Assembly (NCBI RefSeq): GCF_001194135.2
Contig: NC_068992.1
Span: 16,759,795 to 16,823,794 of the forward strand
Reading direction: 5' to 3'
DNA from: Octopus bimaculoides
Lineage: Eukaryota
Length of the DNA stretch: 64,000 nucleotides
This document shows, one piece after another, positions 53,271-64,000 of the stretch (the first letter of the stretch is position 1; each line of letters opens with the position of its first letter). The notes under the pieces were generated by a model. It saw only the letters and a program-made list of their open reading frames with translations, did no database searches and was not told the origin of the DNA. Position numbers and translations under genes: made by a program.

Positions 53271-53717
53271 CATGTATGCGTATGTGAGTGTGTGAGTGTC
53301 AATGTGTCGCGTGAGTATAAATGTGCGTATTCCACACACAACTACGGATTCATATGTTGTTGGATAATATATAGAAAAGAAATGGTTTAGATCATGAATT
53401 ATAATATTATTTCTTTACAAACATATTCAAAATCAGCTAAATTTCTACTAGAATACAAAGGCAACAAAATAACTATAATACATTTTGCACATATGCAGTG
53501 CAAACGGCTTAACCAAAAGGACATATTTGGCGTTAACAAGCTAAAATATGATGCTCTGATCAATCTTGAAAGGGGACGTGCTTGCTTTGTTCTGGTCAGT
53601 TTTCATTTAAGTATTCCAACGAATACGCCCGGAAAAATACATAAAATATTCGGTGTTACATACTTCAGCACAAATCTTTGAAACGGTATTGTTAAGCATG
53701 CTATACCACATGCGATC

Positions 53718-53723
53718 CATCTG

Positions 53724-53763
<40 letters not shown>

Positions 53764-53812
53764 GCTAGCTAGCTAGCTAGCTAGCTAGCTAGCTAGCTAT
53801 CTAGCTATCTAG

Positions 53813-53868
<56 letters not shown>

Positions 53869-53900
53869 TTATCTATCTGCCTATCTATCATCTATCTATG
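53718..53900. repeat. Compound tetranucleotide array (TCTA)n(GCTA)n(TCTG)n(TCTA)n
   Basis: Direct reading; flanked by a 15-bp direct repeat. Confidence 0.95.
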
Positions 53901-54604
53901 CGATACCACATGCAATCTTTGATGAAACTTTTAAACTTTCTGCCACTGTATTGGCTCAGTGGGATCTTCATCATTTTCCTCAATTCAGAAGGCAAAAATC
54001 AAACACTTCTCGAGTATAAATATTTATAAAACTCATCATTTAAGAAAATGTGTTTTTCGTTCCAGTGTATATGTATGTATGCGTGTGCGTTTGTGTGTGT
54101 GTGTATGTGTGTGTGTGTGTGTGCGTGCGAGCGTCTGTGTGTCTGAGTGCGTGTGTTTTTGCAAGAGTGTTATCTGTCAAAGGTTTGGCAACTTTGGAAA
54201 TTATTTTAACACCATGGATACGATCAGGAAATATGGCGTACATGCGATAACTATAATTTAACTGTTATAAAGTTTCTCGATGCTCAAGGCAATGGTAAAC
54301 GTAAGTCAGCACTAGAATAAAAATAAATAGATGGATTTATATGTATATAATTATATATAGATAGAATATGAATATACAGCTAGAAAAAATGTATATATAT
54401 ATATATATATATATATANNNNNNNNNNNNNNNNNNNNNNNNNNNNNNNNNNNNNNNNNNNNNNNNNNNNNNNNNNNNNNNNNNNNNNNNNNNNNNNNNNN
54501 NNNNNNNNNNNNNNNNNNNNNNNNNNNNNNNNNNNNNNNNNNNNNNNNNNNNNNNNNNNNNNNNNNNNNNNNNNNNNNNNNNNNNNNNNNNNNNNNNNNN
54601 NNNN

Positions 54605-54636
<32 letters not shown>

Positions 54637-54721
54637 GCATATATATATATGTACATTGGGTCATCCCATAAATATTGCGGTTTTTTTATACTTCTTTTAT
54701 AATTTAAAATTAAGATAAAGT

Positions 54722-54880
54722 TATTTTTTTAATCTAAAATATACTCTCCTTCATTTTCTACAATGCTCTTCCATCTATCTTGTAATTTCAAATGACTTTT
54801 ACAAAATTCGCCATCAACTTTCCAAGATCTTCGTAATCTCATCTGCAGACAACATGTCTAACTGAAAATCTGTTCTTCAA
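54722..54880 (-). mobile_element. Mariner transposase C-terminal remnant
   Basis: Minus translation DGEFCKSHLKLQDRWKSIVENEGEYILD* matches the mariner C-terminal K-L-x-x-R-W-x-x-x-V-E-N-x-G-x-Y pattern. Confidence 0.7.
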
Positions 54881-55299
54881 ATATATGTACACGGCTTAGC
54901 AACAAACATCTCGATATGCATGAGAGAATTCCGGAAGAAAATGATTGAACCACAACTGCACACGTCAACTCAGGTTATAAGGAACTTTTAGGACGAAATT
55001 CTATGGTTAAAGAATAATAAGAATAATAAGTTCGCAAGAAATGTTAAACAATATGTAGCGAATTCTTGATAATATGCATTTGCTAGAATATGCAAGACAG
55101 TGATCTCACGGTTTCGCTCTACTAGCTTTTGCCGGACTGTCCGAGAAAGTCTATTGTTAAATTGTTGATACACGCAAACGCACACATACGCGCGTGTCCA
55201 CACACATACACATACAAACACACACACATAGTTCAAATGTACATCAAAACAAAAGACGAAGACAGGTGTAGGAACAACAGAGAAGTATATTTGACGCTC

Positions 55300-57075
55300 G
55301 GAAAAATTGTAATGTATTTTACATTACGAGCCTATGCTGTTCGACAGAAAGGAATAAGAGGAAATAAATAGAGAGCGAAGGAAAAACAACGTGTCGGGTT
55401 GAGCGGTTCGACATAATGTTGATTGGAAAAAAGAGGTAAAATGAAAGGGAGATAATAACAGAGGTTGAACGAAAAGGGGATAATGTTGATCCCAATAGCT
55501 TGAGGTCGTCAAGCGCGTGTGTTTATGTGAGAATGATGTGTGTGAGTGTGTAAATGTGTATGTGTGAATGGGAGCGACTGAGTTTGACGTATGCGTGTGT
55601 GCGTGTGTAATGTGCGTGTGTAATGTGCGTGCGTGTGCATGTGTTTGTGTTGTGTGTAGCAATTGATGTGTGCTTTTTCACCTAATGTTTGCACATGTGT
55701 GTGTGTGTGCCTCTGTGACCAATTAGTGTGCCTGTGTATAGTCTATGTATGTGGGCAGAAGTTATCTTTGTCTATGTGTGTTGCGTGTGTATATGTATTG
55801 TCTGTATTCAGGTATTATGTGCATGTGTGAGTGTATGTAATGTTTGTGTTCTGACATTATATACATGTATATTATGTACTTGTGTGGGTGTGTGCATGAT
55901 GGTTTGTGGTGTGTGTGTGTGTGTACTGAGTTAAATAGCATGTAGCTGCTCATATAGTGGTATGTGATGACGCTATTGACGATTGTGTATGCATGACGGT
56001 GTGGTGTGGGTGTTGAGAAGTGGTCAGTGTTAATATGTGTGAAGTGGGAAGGTGTTGTGGTTGTGTGTGTGTAATGGTGTGTAAAGTGAGTGATTAGTTG
56101 GACAGAGTATATGGGTGGGTGCATAGTTGTGCCTGTAGGTGAGCGTACGAGGCGGGTGGTATGCAGGTGTGTAAGTGGAGGGGAACAGCTGAATGTGGGA
56201 GGTGAGATAGAATCCGTGTGCGATTGGTGTTAAATAAAGGGAGAAGTGTGTGAACATGTGGAGCAAAGAAATGGAGATTATTAATTCCAGTTCACGGAGA
56301 AAGTGGGACACCGGGTGGTCCCTGTGTAAGGACAGTCCGAACACAGACAGATGTTGTAGCGAATGACCAGTAGAGTGGAAATGGCGCGAGACCGGGGTGT
56401 CATTGCCGAGTCTATTTCGGTGGTGCTGCGCGAACCGGTCAGCCAAGCGGCGTCCCGTTTGACCAATGTATAGGGAAGGAGAGACAGAGCAAAAGATGCA
56501 GCAAATAACATGACTAGAAGTGTAGGTAAAGGTGTCAGAGACTGATAATGAAGGTGACGGGTGCCTGTACCGATGGTGGTGTTGCAGAGGTACGGTCAGG
56601 TGTGACAGTGAGGACGGGAGAAAGGTAAGAAGGCAGGTTGGCAAGCGGGAGTAAGGAAGAAACTGTGGATCAGGAAGTCGCACAGGTTATGGGCTCGTTT
56701 GAAGGAAGGAAGGGGTACGTAAGGTACGATGTGCGAGGTGAAGGGGTCGGACTGGAGTCACCGGAAGGCTCGGAGAATGGTGTGTCGGAGGGGTAATTTG
56801 GAGGAGTGGCAGGTAAGGAGAATATGGGAGACAGGTAAGGGTGGGAAGGATGCGAGGAGAAAGAGCACAGGCATAGTCCACAGATCGCGCCCGGGCAAGG
56901 GCAGTGTGGATGATGGTGAGGGGATATCCGCGTAGGAGCCATGAGTTGAGACTAATTCTCAAAGTCGTGGTTGTAACAGCATAGCCTGCGTAGACGGAGG
57001 AATTGGTAGGGGATGGAGAGCTTGGTGTGGATAGGGTGGGAGGAGGAGAAGTTAAGGTGGAAGTGTAAGTGGGTT
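55300..57075 (-). mobile_element. Penelope-like retroelement 3' fragment (RT linker + GIY-YIG endonuclease + TG-rich 3' region)
   Basis: FTYTSSHVICCIFCSVSPSLYIGQTGRRLADRFAQHHRNRLGNDTPVSRHFHSTGHSLQHLSV (GIY-YIG) and upstream LLRGYPLTIIHTALARARS; frameshifted. Confidence 0.88.
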
Positions 57076-57252
57076 TGTAGTGGATGGATCTATATATATA
57101 TGTATATATGACTTTGTGTACGTGTGTTGTATGTATGTATATGTTATATATGTATATATGCATGTATCTACGAATATGTTTATGTATGTGTGTATTGTGA
57201 AAGTATGACAGTAATTTATACAGTGTAGACATATTCTACGTATATGGCTCAC

Positions 57253-57357
57253 TGTTGCACGCAGAGTAATTAAATTTTTCTACATAAAATACTTCTTTCT
57301 CCACCAAATTATATTCCTGAGTCTTGGCGCCAGCTTCCACTTTCCAGAGATAAAAGA
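57253..57357 (-). CDS. Possible upstream exon (FYLWKVEAGAKTQEYNLVEKEVFYVEKFNYSACN)
   Basis: Acceptor tcggtctgttttag| and donor ACA|gtgagc. 105 nt, phase 1 to 1, open. It cannot join 52801 (phase 2) directly without another exon. Confidence 0.2.
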
Positions 57358-57958
57358 CTAAAACAGACCGATTTATTGAAAGCAATGTTGTCTAACATAT
57401 TGTAGAATATTTCATTAATATAACCATTTTAAAAATAGATTATGAACTTCGAAGTTTACTTGGAAGTAAAAATGTCACACACTTTAAGAAACCTATACTA
57501 GACACGAAGCTTACACAACTTACACATTATTTAAAACACAATTACTGCACAAAAATATAAAATGGTAACAAAAGTAATTTCTGTGTAATTATTGCCTAAG
57601 ACGAACATTTTGCAAAGTAACAATATGCTCACTACGAAAAAAATGCGTTGGGGGTCTAAAAATTCAGATAGTGTCACCCGAGTAAAATAGTTATACTAAA
57701 TAAATTAACTAGAAATAAACTGACAAACAAGAGTACGTTACTTATGGAATTTACCGCGTCACATATCTGACATCTATGGAGCAGTAGACATACACAAACA
57801 AAATACAACCCTTTCAAAGATTATACATAAAATGAATATCAATCACATACGATCGCTAATTATGTAGACAACATTTTCTATCAATATGGATACAAGCTAT
57901 TATCATCTAAGCATACAATATGCATTTCGTTTTGACTTTTGTGTACTTGGGTAAACAC

Positions 57959-58275
57959 GCGTGGCTTAGTGGTTAGGGTGTTGGTCTTTCAAGCGTAAGA
58001 TCATGAGTTCGATTCCAGGCGGTGCTTTGTGTCTCAGAGCAAGACACTTTCTTTCTTGTTGGTCCAGTACATTCAACCGGAAAATATGAGTTATACCTGT
58101 GGTTCAAAGGGCCAGCTTTGTCACATTCTGTGTCACGCTGAATCTCCCTGAGAAATATGTGAAGGATACGCGTGTCTATGGAGTGTTCGGCCACTTGCAG
58201 GTTAGCTTCACTTGCTTGCCTTCCCATTGGTCGGATCAATTCAGACACTTGTCTATGTAACAGACCGAGTGCCAG
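57959..58275 (+). mobile_element. Chimeric SINE: tRNA head + CORE-like segment + family D body
   Basis: gtggcttagtggttagggtg...gagttcgattcc...gagcaagacacttt...tcaaagggccagctttgtcacattctgtgtcacgctgaatctccctgaga. Confidence 0.8.
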
Positions 58276-58409
58276 TTTTCTACATGAACGAGATGCTGGT
58301 TGCTTGTGTAGATGTTTATGTCTACAAATGGATTACTTTTATTTCCAATGAGGTTTATTAGTTTGCACCTTTTTAGTATGGAAATGTCCTCTTGATTTTT
58401 CCTCAGTTC

Positions 58410-58735
58410 AGGATTTGTTTCATCAAAAGTATCTACAAGAGCTCAAACCATCCCCCTGCTGTAATAAGAAACCTGGTTCCAGGATTAGCAAACGACTATC
58501 TAATCTCTCGGCCAATAGACAGATATTTAATACGGCCGTCCACACTAGGACAACGCTTTGGCTAGGAACGTGTTTACTCACCCCAAAAGGATTAGGAAAC
58601 AGAAAATCATGTGGTATAATCCCCCTTTCAACATAGAAGTTTCCACCAATGTAGCTATGTTCTTCTTCTTGTTAATTAAGAAAAACCTCTCCAGAGACCA
58701 CAAGTATTACACGCTCTTCAACTACAACTCTGCAC
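58410..58735 (+). mobile_element. Penelope-like retroelement fragment (RT-endonuclease linker)
   Basis: RISKRLSNLSANRQIFNTAV and RKQKIMWYNPPFNIEVSTNVAMFFFLLIKKNLSRDHKYYTLFN match the PLE I-x-W-F-N-P-P-Y/F motif. Confidence 0.85.
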
Positions 58736-59222
58736 CAAGGTTACCGTCACCATGAGCAGAGCAGTCAATTACCAATCCCCAGCACTTACCAATCCCCAAC
58801 GTTTACCAACGCCCCACGCTTACCAATTCCCAACGCTTACCGATCCACAACGCTTCTTACACGGATATATAATCACGCGTGTGCGCGCTCACGTGCGCAT
58901 ATGCCTGCGCACACTAATATATATGCGTGCATGTATGTTTGCATGCAACGTACATATAAATCAATATGCATTTGTGTATACACGTGCATGTCCGTTCATG
59001 TATGTATATATATATATATNNNNNNNNNNNNNNNNNNNNNNNNNNNNNNNNNNNNNNNNNNNNNNNNNNNNNNNNNNNNNNNNNNNNNNNNNNNNNNNNN
59101 NNNNNNNNNNNNNNNNNNNNNNNNNNNNNNNNNNNNNNNNNNNNNNNNNNNNNNNNNNNNNNNNNNNNNNNNNNNNNNNNNNNNNNNNNNNNNNNNNNNN
59201 NNNNNNNNNNNNNNNNNNNNNN

Positions 59223-59272
<50 letters not shown>

Positions 59273-60429
59273 ACCATTTTATGCTGACCATATTTTCTCG
59301 AAGTATTCATTAGAAGAGAAATTAATAATAAAGGATATTTAATTGCCCTTCTCATAAGTATTGTTATATATAAGGCATATGCCGAATATATTTGCGATGA
59401 TACAATAGGTATATAGAATACGTTAACATATAGATGAATATTAGCATCCTCAGGGTGTTATTAAACAATGAATCTTCGCTTTGGGACATCACATAAAGAG
59501 AAGCTCCTTGAACAGATGTAAGTAGCCAGTGTTTGTCCAAATAGCAAATCTTACTTCAATCTTTCTCTCATATATATCTTCTCTCCTTCTCTATCACTTC
59601 TACATTATTTCCTTAATCCATAGAATCATCGCTATGTATTAGCATAGATGATATGTCAGTATTTTTTGCAAGGATGTCATCATCAACCTTGAACTGAGAG
59701 AGAAAGAGTGAAGGAGAGAGAAAGAGTGAAGGAGAGAGAGAGAGTGAGAAAGAAAGAGAGAGAGGATTTCAGCTGCCAAGTTCATACTGCAAGATATTGC
59801 ACTGCAAAAGTTTGCAGTCCTTGTCAGATACTAATTAAAGACTTGGCTACAGTCAAAGTGTAACGAGAAATTAATTTAAATCTTTATTGAAAGGATTAAG
59901 GCAAGATGGTATTTCCATATTTGATAGGATTTTTATACATTCGGATTATTGTTGAGTTCACAAATATCATGTTCATGGTTAATACACCAAAACAACAAAG
60001 TAATCTAATTTAAATCCACTGGAGTCCATCACATCTGTTTTTTATAGTTAGAGGGAGATTATAATGGATAGTCATCTTTCTTTTAGACATAATATAAAGG
60101 CATATTTAAAATGTAAGATTCCATAAGAAGTTTGCTTCTGCACTAAAATATTTGAAAACAAAAGAGAGAAGATCTCATCCCGGAAATCCCCTGTATTAAG
60201 GTAGTTTCTAGCTTTCATTAATTTCATTTTTAGATATAAAATTAGATTATCTGCCAGGGTAAAAACCAAACCGGAATTAGTAAAGCTTCATTTTCTCTGC
60301 ATATATACGCAAGCAGTGACATGTGTTCCAGCATTTGCAAAGATATTTTTTGTCTACGAAAATAAATAAATGTACGTACAAACCATAAGTTGTAATTCAT
60401 TACTCATAAGAAACAAAAGTGAGAGCAAT

Positions 60430-60790
60430 CAGTTCACTGTTACTTGAAGAGGAGGGAGTCAGAAACGCCATGACCGGAAAGGATGGCAGAAATTCGGAAC
60501 CAGATGTACTGAAAGGGGAAACGTAATGGAAGCTGAGGGAGATTGTTGAGATAGTCTGTCAGGAATACTTAGGACCTGGTAACGGCGACTTAAAGAGACG
60601 GAGCAATGTCAATGTCAGAGGCAAGAGAGGAAGCATAGTGCAAAAGATGCGAGATTCAATGAAGGTAAATCACCGTCTGAAAGCAGTGGGAAAAGTGAGT
60701 CATAGAACAGATCCATACAAATGACTGAGTGGTGGGATTGCAAAGAATAAAATAGGTCAGTATGACTGAATTCAAAACCAAAATGGACAC
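60430..60790 (-). mobile_element. Degenerate LINE-like fragment
   Basis: GC-balanced island with interrupted frames loosely resembling a CR1/L2-type post-RT region. Family uncertain. Confidence 0.3.
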
Positions 60791-60947
60791 TGCGGAAACG
60801 AATTAAGTCTCAAAAGAGTACGTTAAGTCTCAAATACCTTAAAGTTGCATCCCTTTATGTCTAGAGGTCTGCAAATTTAAAGCTTTCTATATTAAAATGT
60901 TGTCACAAGAGGACAATGTTATTTCCTTCTTTTATATTACATCCAAT

Positions 60948-61334
60948 GTGCAGGTGCAATGGCCCAGTGGTTAGGGCAGGGGACTCGCAGTCATAGGATC
61001 GCGGTTTCGATTCACAGATCGGGCGTTGTGAGTGTTTATTGAGCGAAAACACCTAAAGCTCCACAAGGCTCCGGCAGGGGATGGTGGCGAACCCTGCTGT
61101 ACTCTTTCACCACAACCTTCTCTCACTCTTACTTCCTGTTTCTGTTGTGCCTGTATTTCAAAGGGCCAGCCTTGTCACACTCTGTGTCACGCTGAATCTT
61201 CCCCGAGAACTACGTTAAGGGTACACGTGTCTGTGGTGTGCTCAGTCACTTGCACGTTAATCTCACGAGCAGGCTGTTCCGTTGATCGGATCAACTGGAA
61301 CCCTCGACGTCGTAAGCGAAGGAGTGCCAACAAC
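60948..61334 (+). mobile_element. Family D SINE
   Basis: Full-length copy with (CAA) tail; 12-bp TSD attacatccaat at 60936-60947 and 61335-61346. Confidence 0.9.
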
Positions 61335-62107
61335 ATTACATCCAATATCTATCAGTTTACTAATTATATGTGGAGATGAATGTAGGATGGGACTGAAACT
61401 CAGTGGACAAGTAGCTATTACTACGCATATATTTTAAATATAATACCGCCATACGTGCGTAAATTCTTGTTCCTTAAGCCTCATTCTCTCTCTTCAGTCA
61501 TTTATTTTTTGTAAAATATCTCGTCAATACTCTTTCCGCAGAGTTAATATTATTTCATATCATTTACCTTTATTTCTTTCTTCTTTACTTGTTATCTATG
61601 AATTATATCTGTATGAACATTTATATAATTAACTGCTAAATACACATAAAGAGAGAGATAGTGAATTCGGCATTAAGAACTTCCCAGTTGCATCATTTAT
61701 GCAACAGTAATTTTCCACTAAATATTGAATGTTTACTTGTTCGCTGGCTTTTATTTATTCACAAGAAATTGCTGCCGTAACTGATTATATCATGTCATAT
61801 CGTAATATGTAAACAAGCAACACAATAACTAGCTAAGACGTGACAGCGTATATCTACCAAACAAAGGTTGTCAAATTAGAATCAAATCACATTTGACCGC
61901 ATTTTCCAATGAGTAAGAACATAAACCTGCATTATAACTGGTATCTTTAATCTAAACGCAAAATACAAATTTATATGAAGGTAAGTTGGCTCTAGGTCTA
62001 TTAACTAAAGTTGTTAGCTAAGGGGCTCATGATACACTTAACGTCATCGTAAATTCGTCCATTTTCCTGTGATAAGAACTACTGCTTTACGCAATATTTG
62101 TCTGGTT

Positions 62108-62132
62108 TAATATATATATATATACGTACACG

Positions 62133-62171
<39 letters not shown>

Positions 62172-62198
62172 GCATACATATATATACATGCACACATG

Positions 62199-62244
<46 letters not shown>

Positions 62245-62365
62245 TACATATACCTGTATGTATATATACATAGGTATGCATACACATGCACACACACAGA
62301 TATATATTTATTCATTTATAATTACATACATCTTTAGGTATGTATGTATGTATGTATGTATTTAT
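62108..62365. repeat. Compound (TA)n/(CA)n/(TATG)n microsatellite
   Basis: Direct reading. Confidence 0.93.
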
Positions 62366-62843
62366 GTATTCATATATGTATTTGGTTATGGTCCTATCTT
62401 TCAAGAGACTTTAGTAATTGTTTGAAAATCTCTCAATGCAAGTCCATGCGTCAGAAATTGCTGAATAATACCACATGTGTTACTTCTCATTGCACGTTCG
62501 TAGCTGTGGATGAAACAGTACGAATGATCATGAGAACGCGCTCTGATTTGGGGACATTGTGATTTATTAGTGTTCAACGTAAATATATTCGCAGTTGGGG
62601 TTGAACATCTGTTGTATGAAGACTGAAGTAATGAAAATGTCGGGTTTGTTTAAATGGAAGGATTTTAAGAAGTGCCGAGTAGCATAATCCATTATAGTAT
62701 TGAGAGAAATCGGAAGAGAGAGAGAGAGAGAGAGAGAGTGAGAGAGTGAGAGAGCGAGAGGGGGGAAACAAATTCTGCATGCAACGTTCTAGAGTATACC
62801 CAAGATTAATTAATATGCCATTCAATCAAATAGTCTCTTTCAC

Positions 62844-62961
62844 TGGATACAATCTAGATGTCCGAAAGGACAACGACGCAAGCAGCAGGGTTCCAGATGA
62901 GGGTCAATATCCCACTGTGGACTCATACGAACTTTGTGGATTACCAGTAATTGTTTGGAAA
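62844..62961 (-). CDS. Possible upstream ectodomain exon (SKQLLVIHKVRMSPQWDIDPHLEPCCLRRCPFGHLDCI)
   Basis: Acceptor ggctacaaaatatttcag| and donor CA|gtgaaa. 118 nt, phase 1 to 2, which would splice in frame to 52801. Cys-rich, but the donor is mediocre and I recognise no firm motif. Confidence 0.3.
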
Positions 62962-63551
62962 CTGAAATATTTTGTAGCCGTAAAGAAAAATGCCAATCTT
63001 TGGGTGAGTCCGACAGTCTTATGAATACACTTATATTGAATGACTTTTGTCTTCATTTCAGAAAATAATTATTTTTGGAAAGACAATTGTGTAAATACCA
63101 GCATCCACTATTGATACTCAAAATAGAATTCAACTGGAAGAACTTTAGAACTTATTACGATTATTTTAGAACTGTGAAAATATTTTAATCAAAGTTATCG
63201 AAACGAAGACATTGTAGTAATCGATATTTCACCTAGAACGGTTCAATTTAATAAGTAGTAGCTTTTGTATTGAAAACTATTCATTTGCAAAGATCTTTTC
63301 TAGAATAACAAAATAAAACCTAAAACAAACATTTTCTCACGTGAAGCTCTTGAAAACTGAAAACAATAGACTATTCGTAGTTCGATTAGTTTTTGTTTAA
63401 CATTTATATTTATTCGAAACTGAATAACAATTGTATTCGGCTTCTGTTTTTGAAGGTAATATGAAAATCTATAATTTCAAGCTTTCTTCTATGTTTACGC
63501 CTATTTTCTATAAAATATTTTAAGGATGCATACATACGTGTATAATTATTC

Positions 63552-63589
<38 letters not shown>

Positions 63590-64000
63590 TATAATATATA
63601 TATATATATGCGCGTGTATGTATGTATACAGACATATATATATGTATATGTACCCGCGGGTGTCTGTGTCTGTGTATCTTTTTTATGTGTAAATGTATGT
63701 ATGTTGTCTATATAGCGAACAGCTTTTCTTTTAGAGAGGCTATAAGACAATACTCTAGCTTCAACATGTTTATTAAATTTTCTAGTATTTAGGTTGAGCT
63801 TTTTACATTTCATCAAGAAAGGTAATGTTCTTTAATTTATTATATCTATATTGTCTAGATTTGCAAATCCACATTATCAGGATAACATCTCCTCAGAATA
63901 CATTTAACAGATATAGAAGTGGAGGAGATGGAGGAGATACGCCTTTAACGATTCACACCAGGATGATGAGACTATTAAAGCTTACAATAGTTTATTATAC

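Noticed and set aside
62-63816. Most track ORFs (poly-YI, HT, CV, N, I, L, S and X-containing ORFs)
   Set aside because: They are translations of dinucleotide or trinucleotide microsatellites and N gaps, not genes.
1-64000. CRISPR array, rRNA or prokaryotic operon
   Set aside because: There is no repeat-spacer periodicity, no rRNA-like sequence and no gene-dense coding DNA; the window is eukaryotic and mostly intronic.

Overview
AT-rich eukaryotic genomic DNA with 14 assembly gaps, dense microsatellites, tRNA-derived SINEs and decayed LINE, Penelope and Tc1/mariner remnants. This repeat landscape points to a cephalopod, most likely Octopus (inference, not a database match). The main content is one minus-strand spliced gene that the ORF track largely misses. 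Six exons (52801-52693, 49578-49506, 41949-41782, 31973-31841, 21019-20873, 1290-1137) have GT-AG boundaries and matching phases (2|0|1|1|2|2|0). They join into a stop-free 261-codon reading: SHRKLWVHVALVCDADRKDPDDGLFQILTDELKKDIYAELRHRCACINGCGKAAVNFTRQVLISTNVTEKAVSASSEKDGLLTGLIVGGIALLMVIVLIVGLCHSSSSINFYQKLPTKSRKRESIKAQLDYEPQLAQSKKRELPVINCCIIPASQIETGKRLGGGIFADTFVGQWDSWTVAVKRLTLVIHPNQLSSSLIEWMKKEVNYFRKHRHRNIVSVLGLCLETRLPCLMVEFVEGVALRDYMKHNYNCMTWPLRARI. This is a type I membrane receptor kinase: a Cys-containing ectodomain resembling the mannose-6-phosphate-receptor-homology (MRH/ATG27) fold, one TM helix, and kinase subdomains I-V with TKL/Pelle-like features. The 3' end of the gene lies beyond position 1, and the 5' exons were not firmly located. 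Most other listed ORFs are microsatellite or gap artefacts, or transposon fragments. No CRISPR, rRNA or true tRNA genes were seen.
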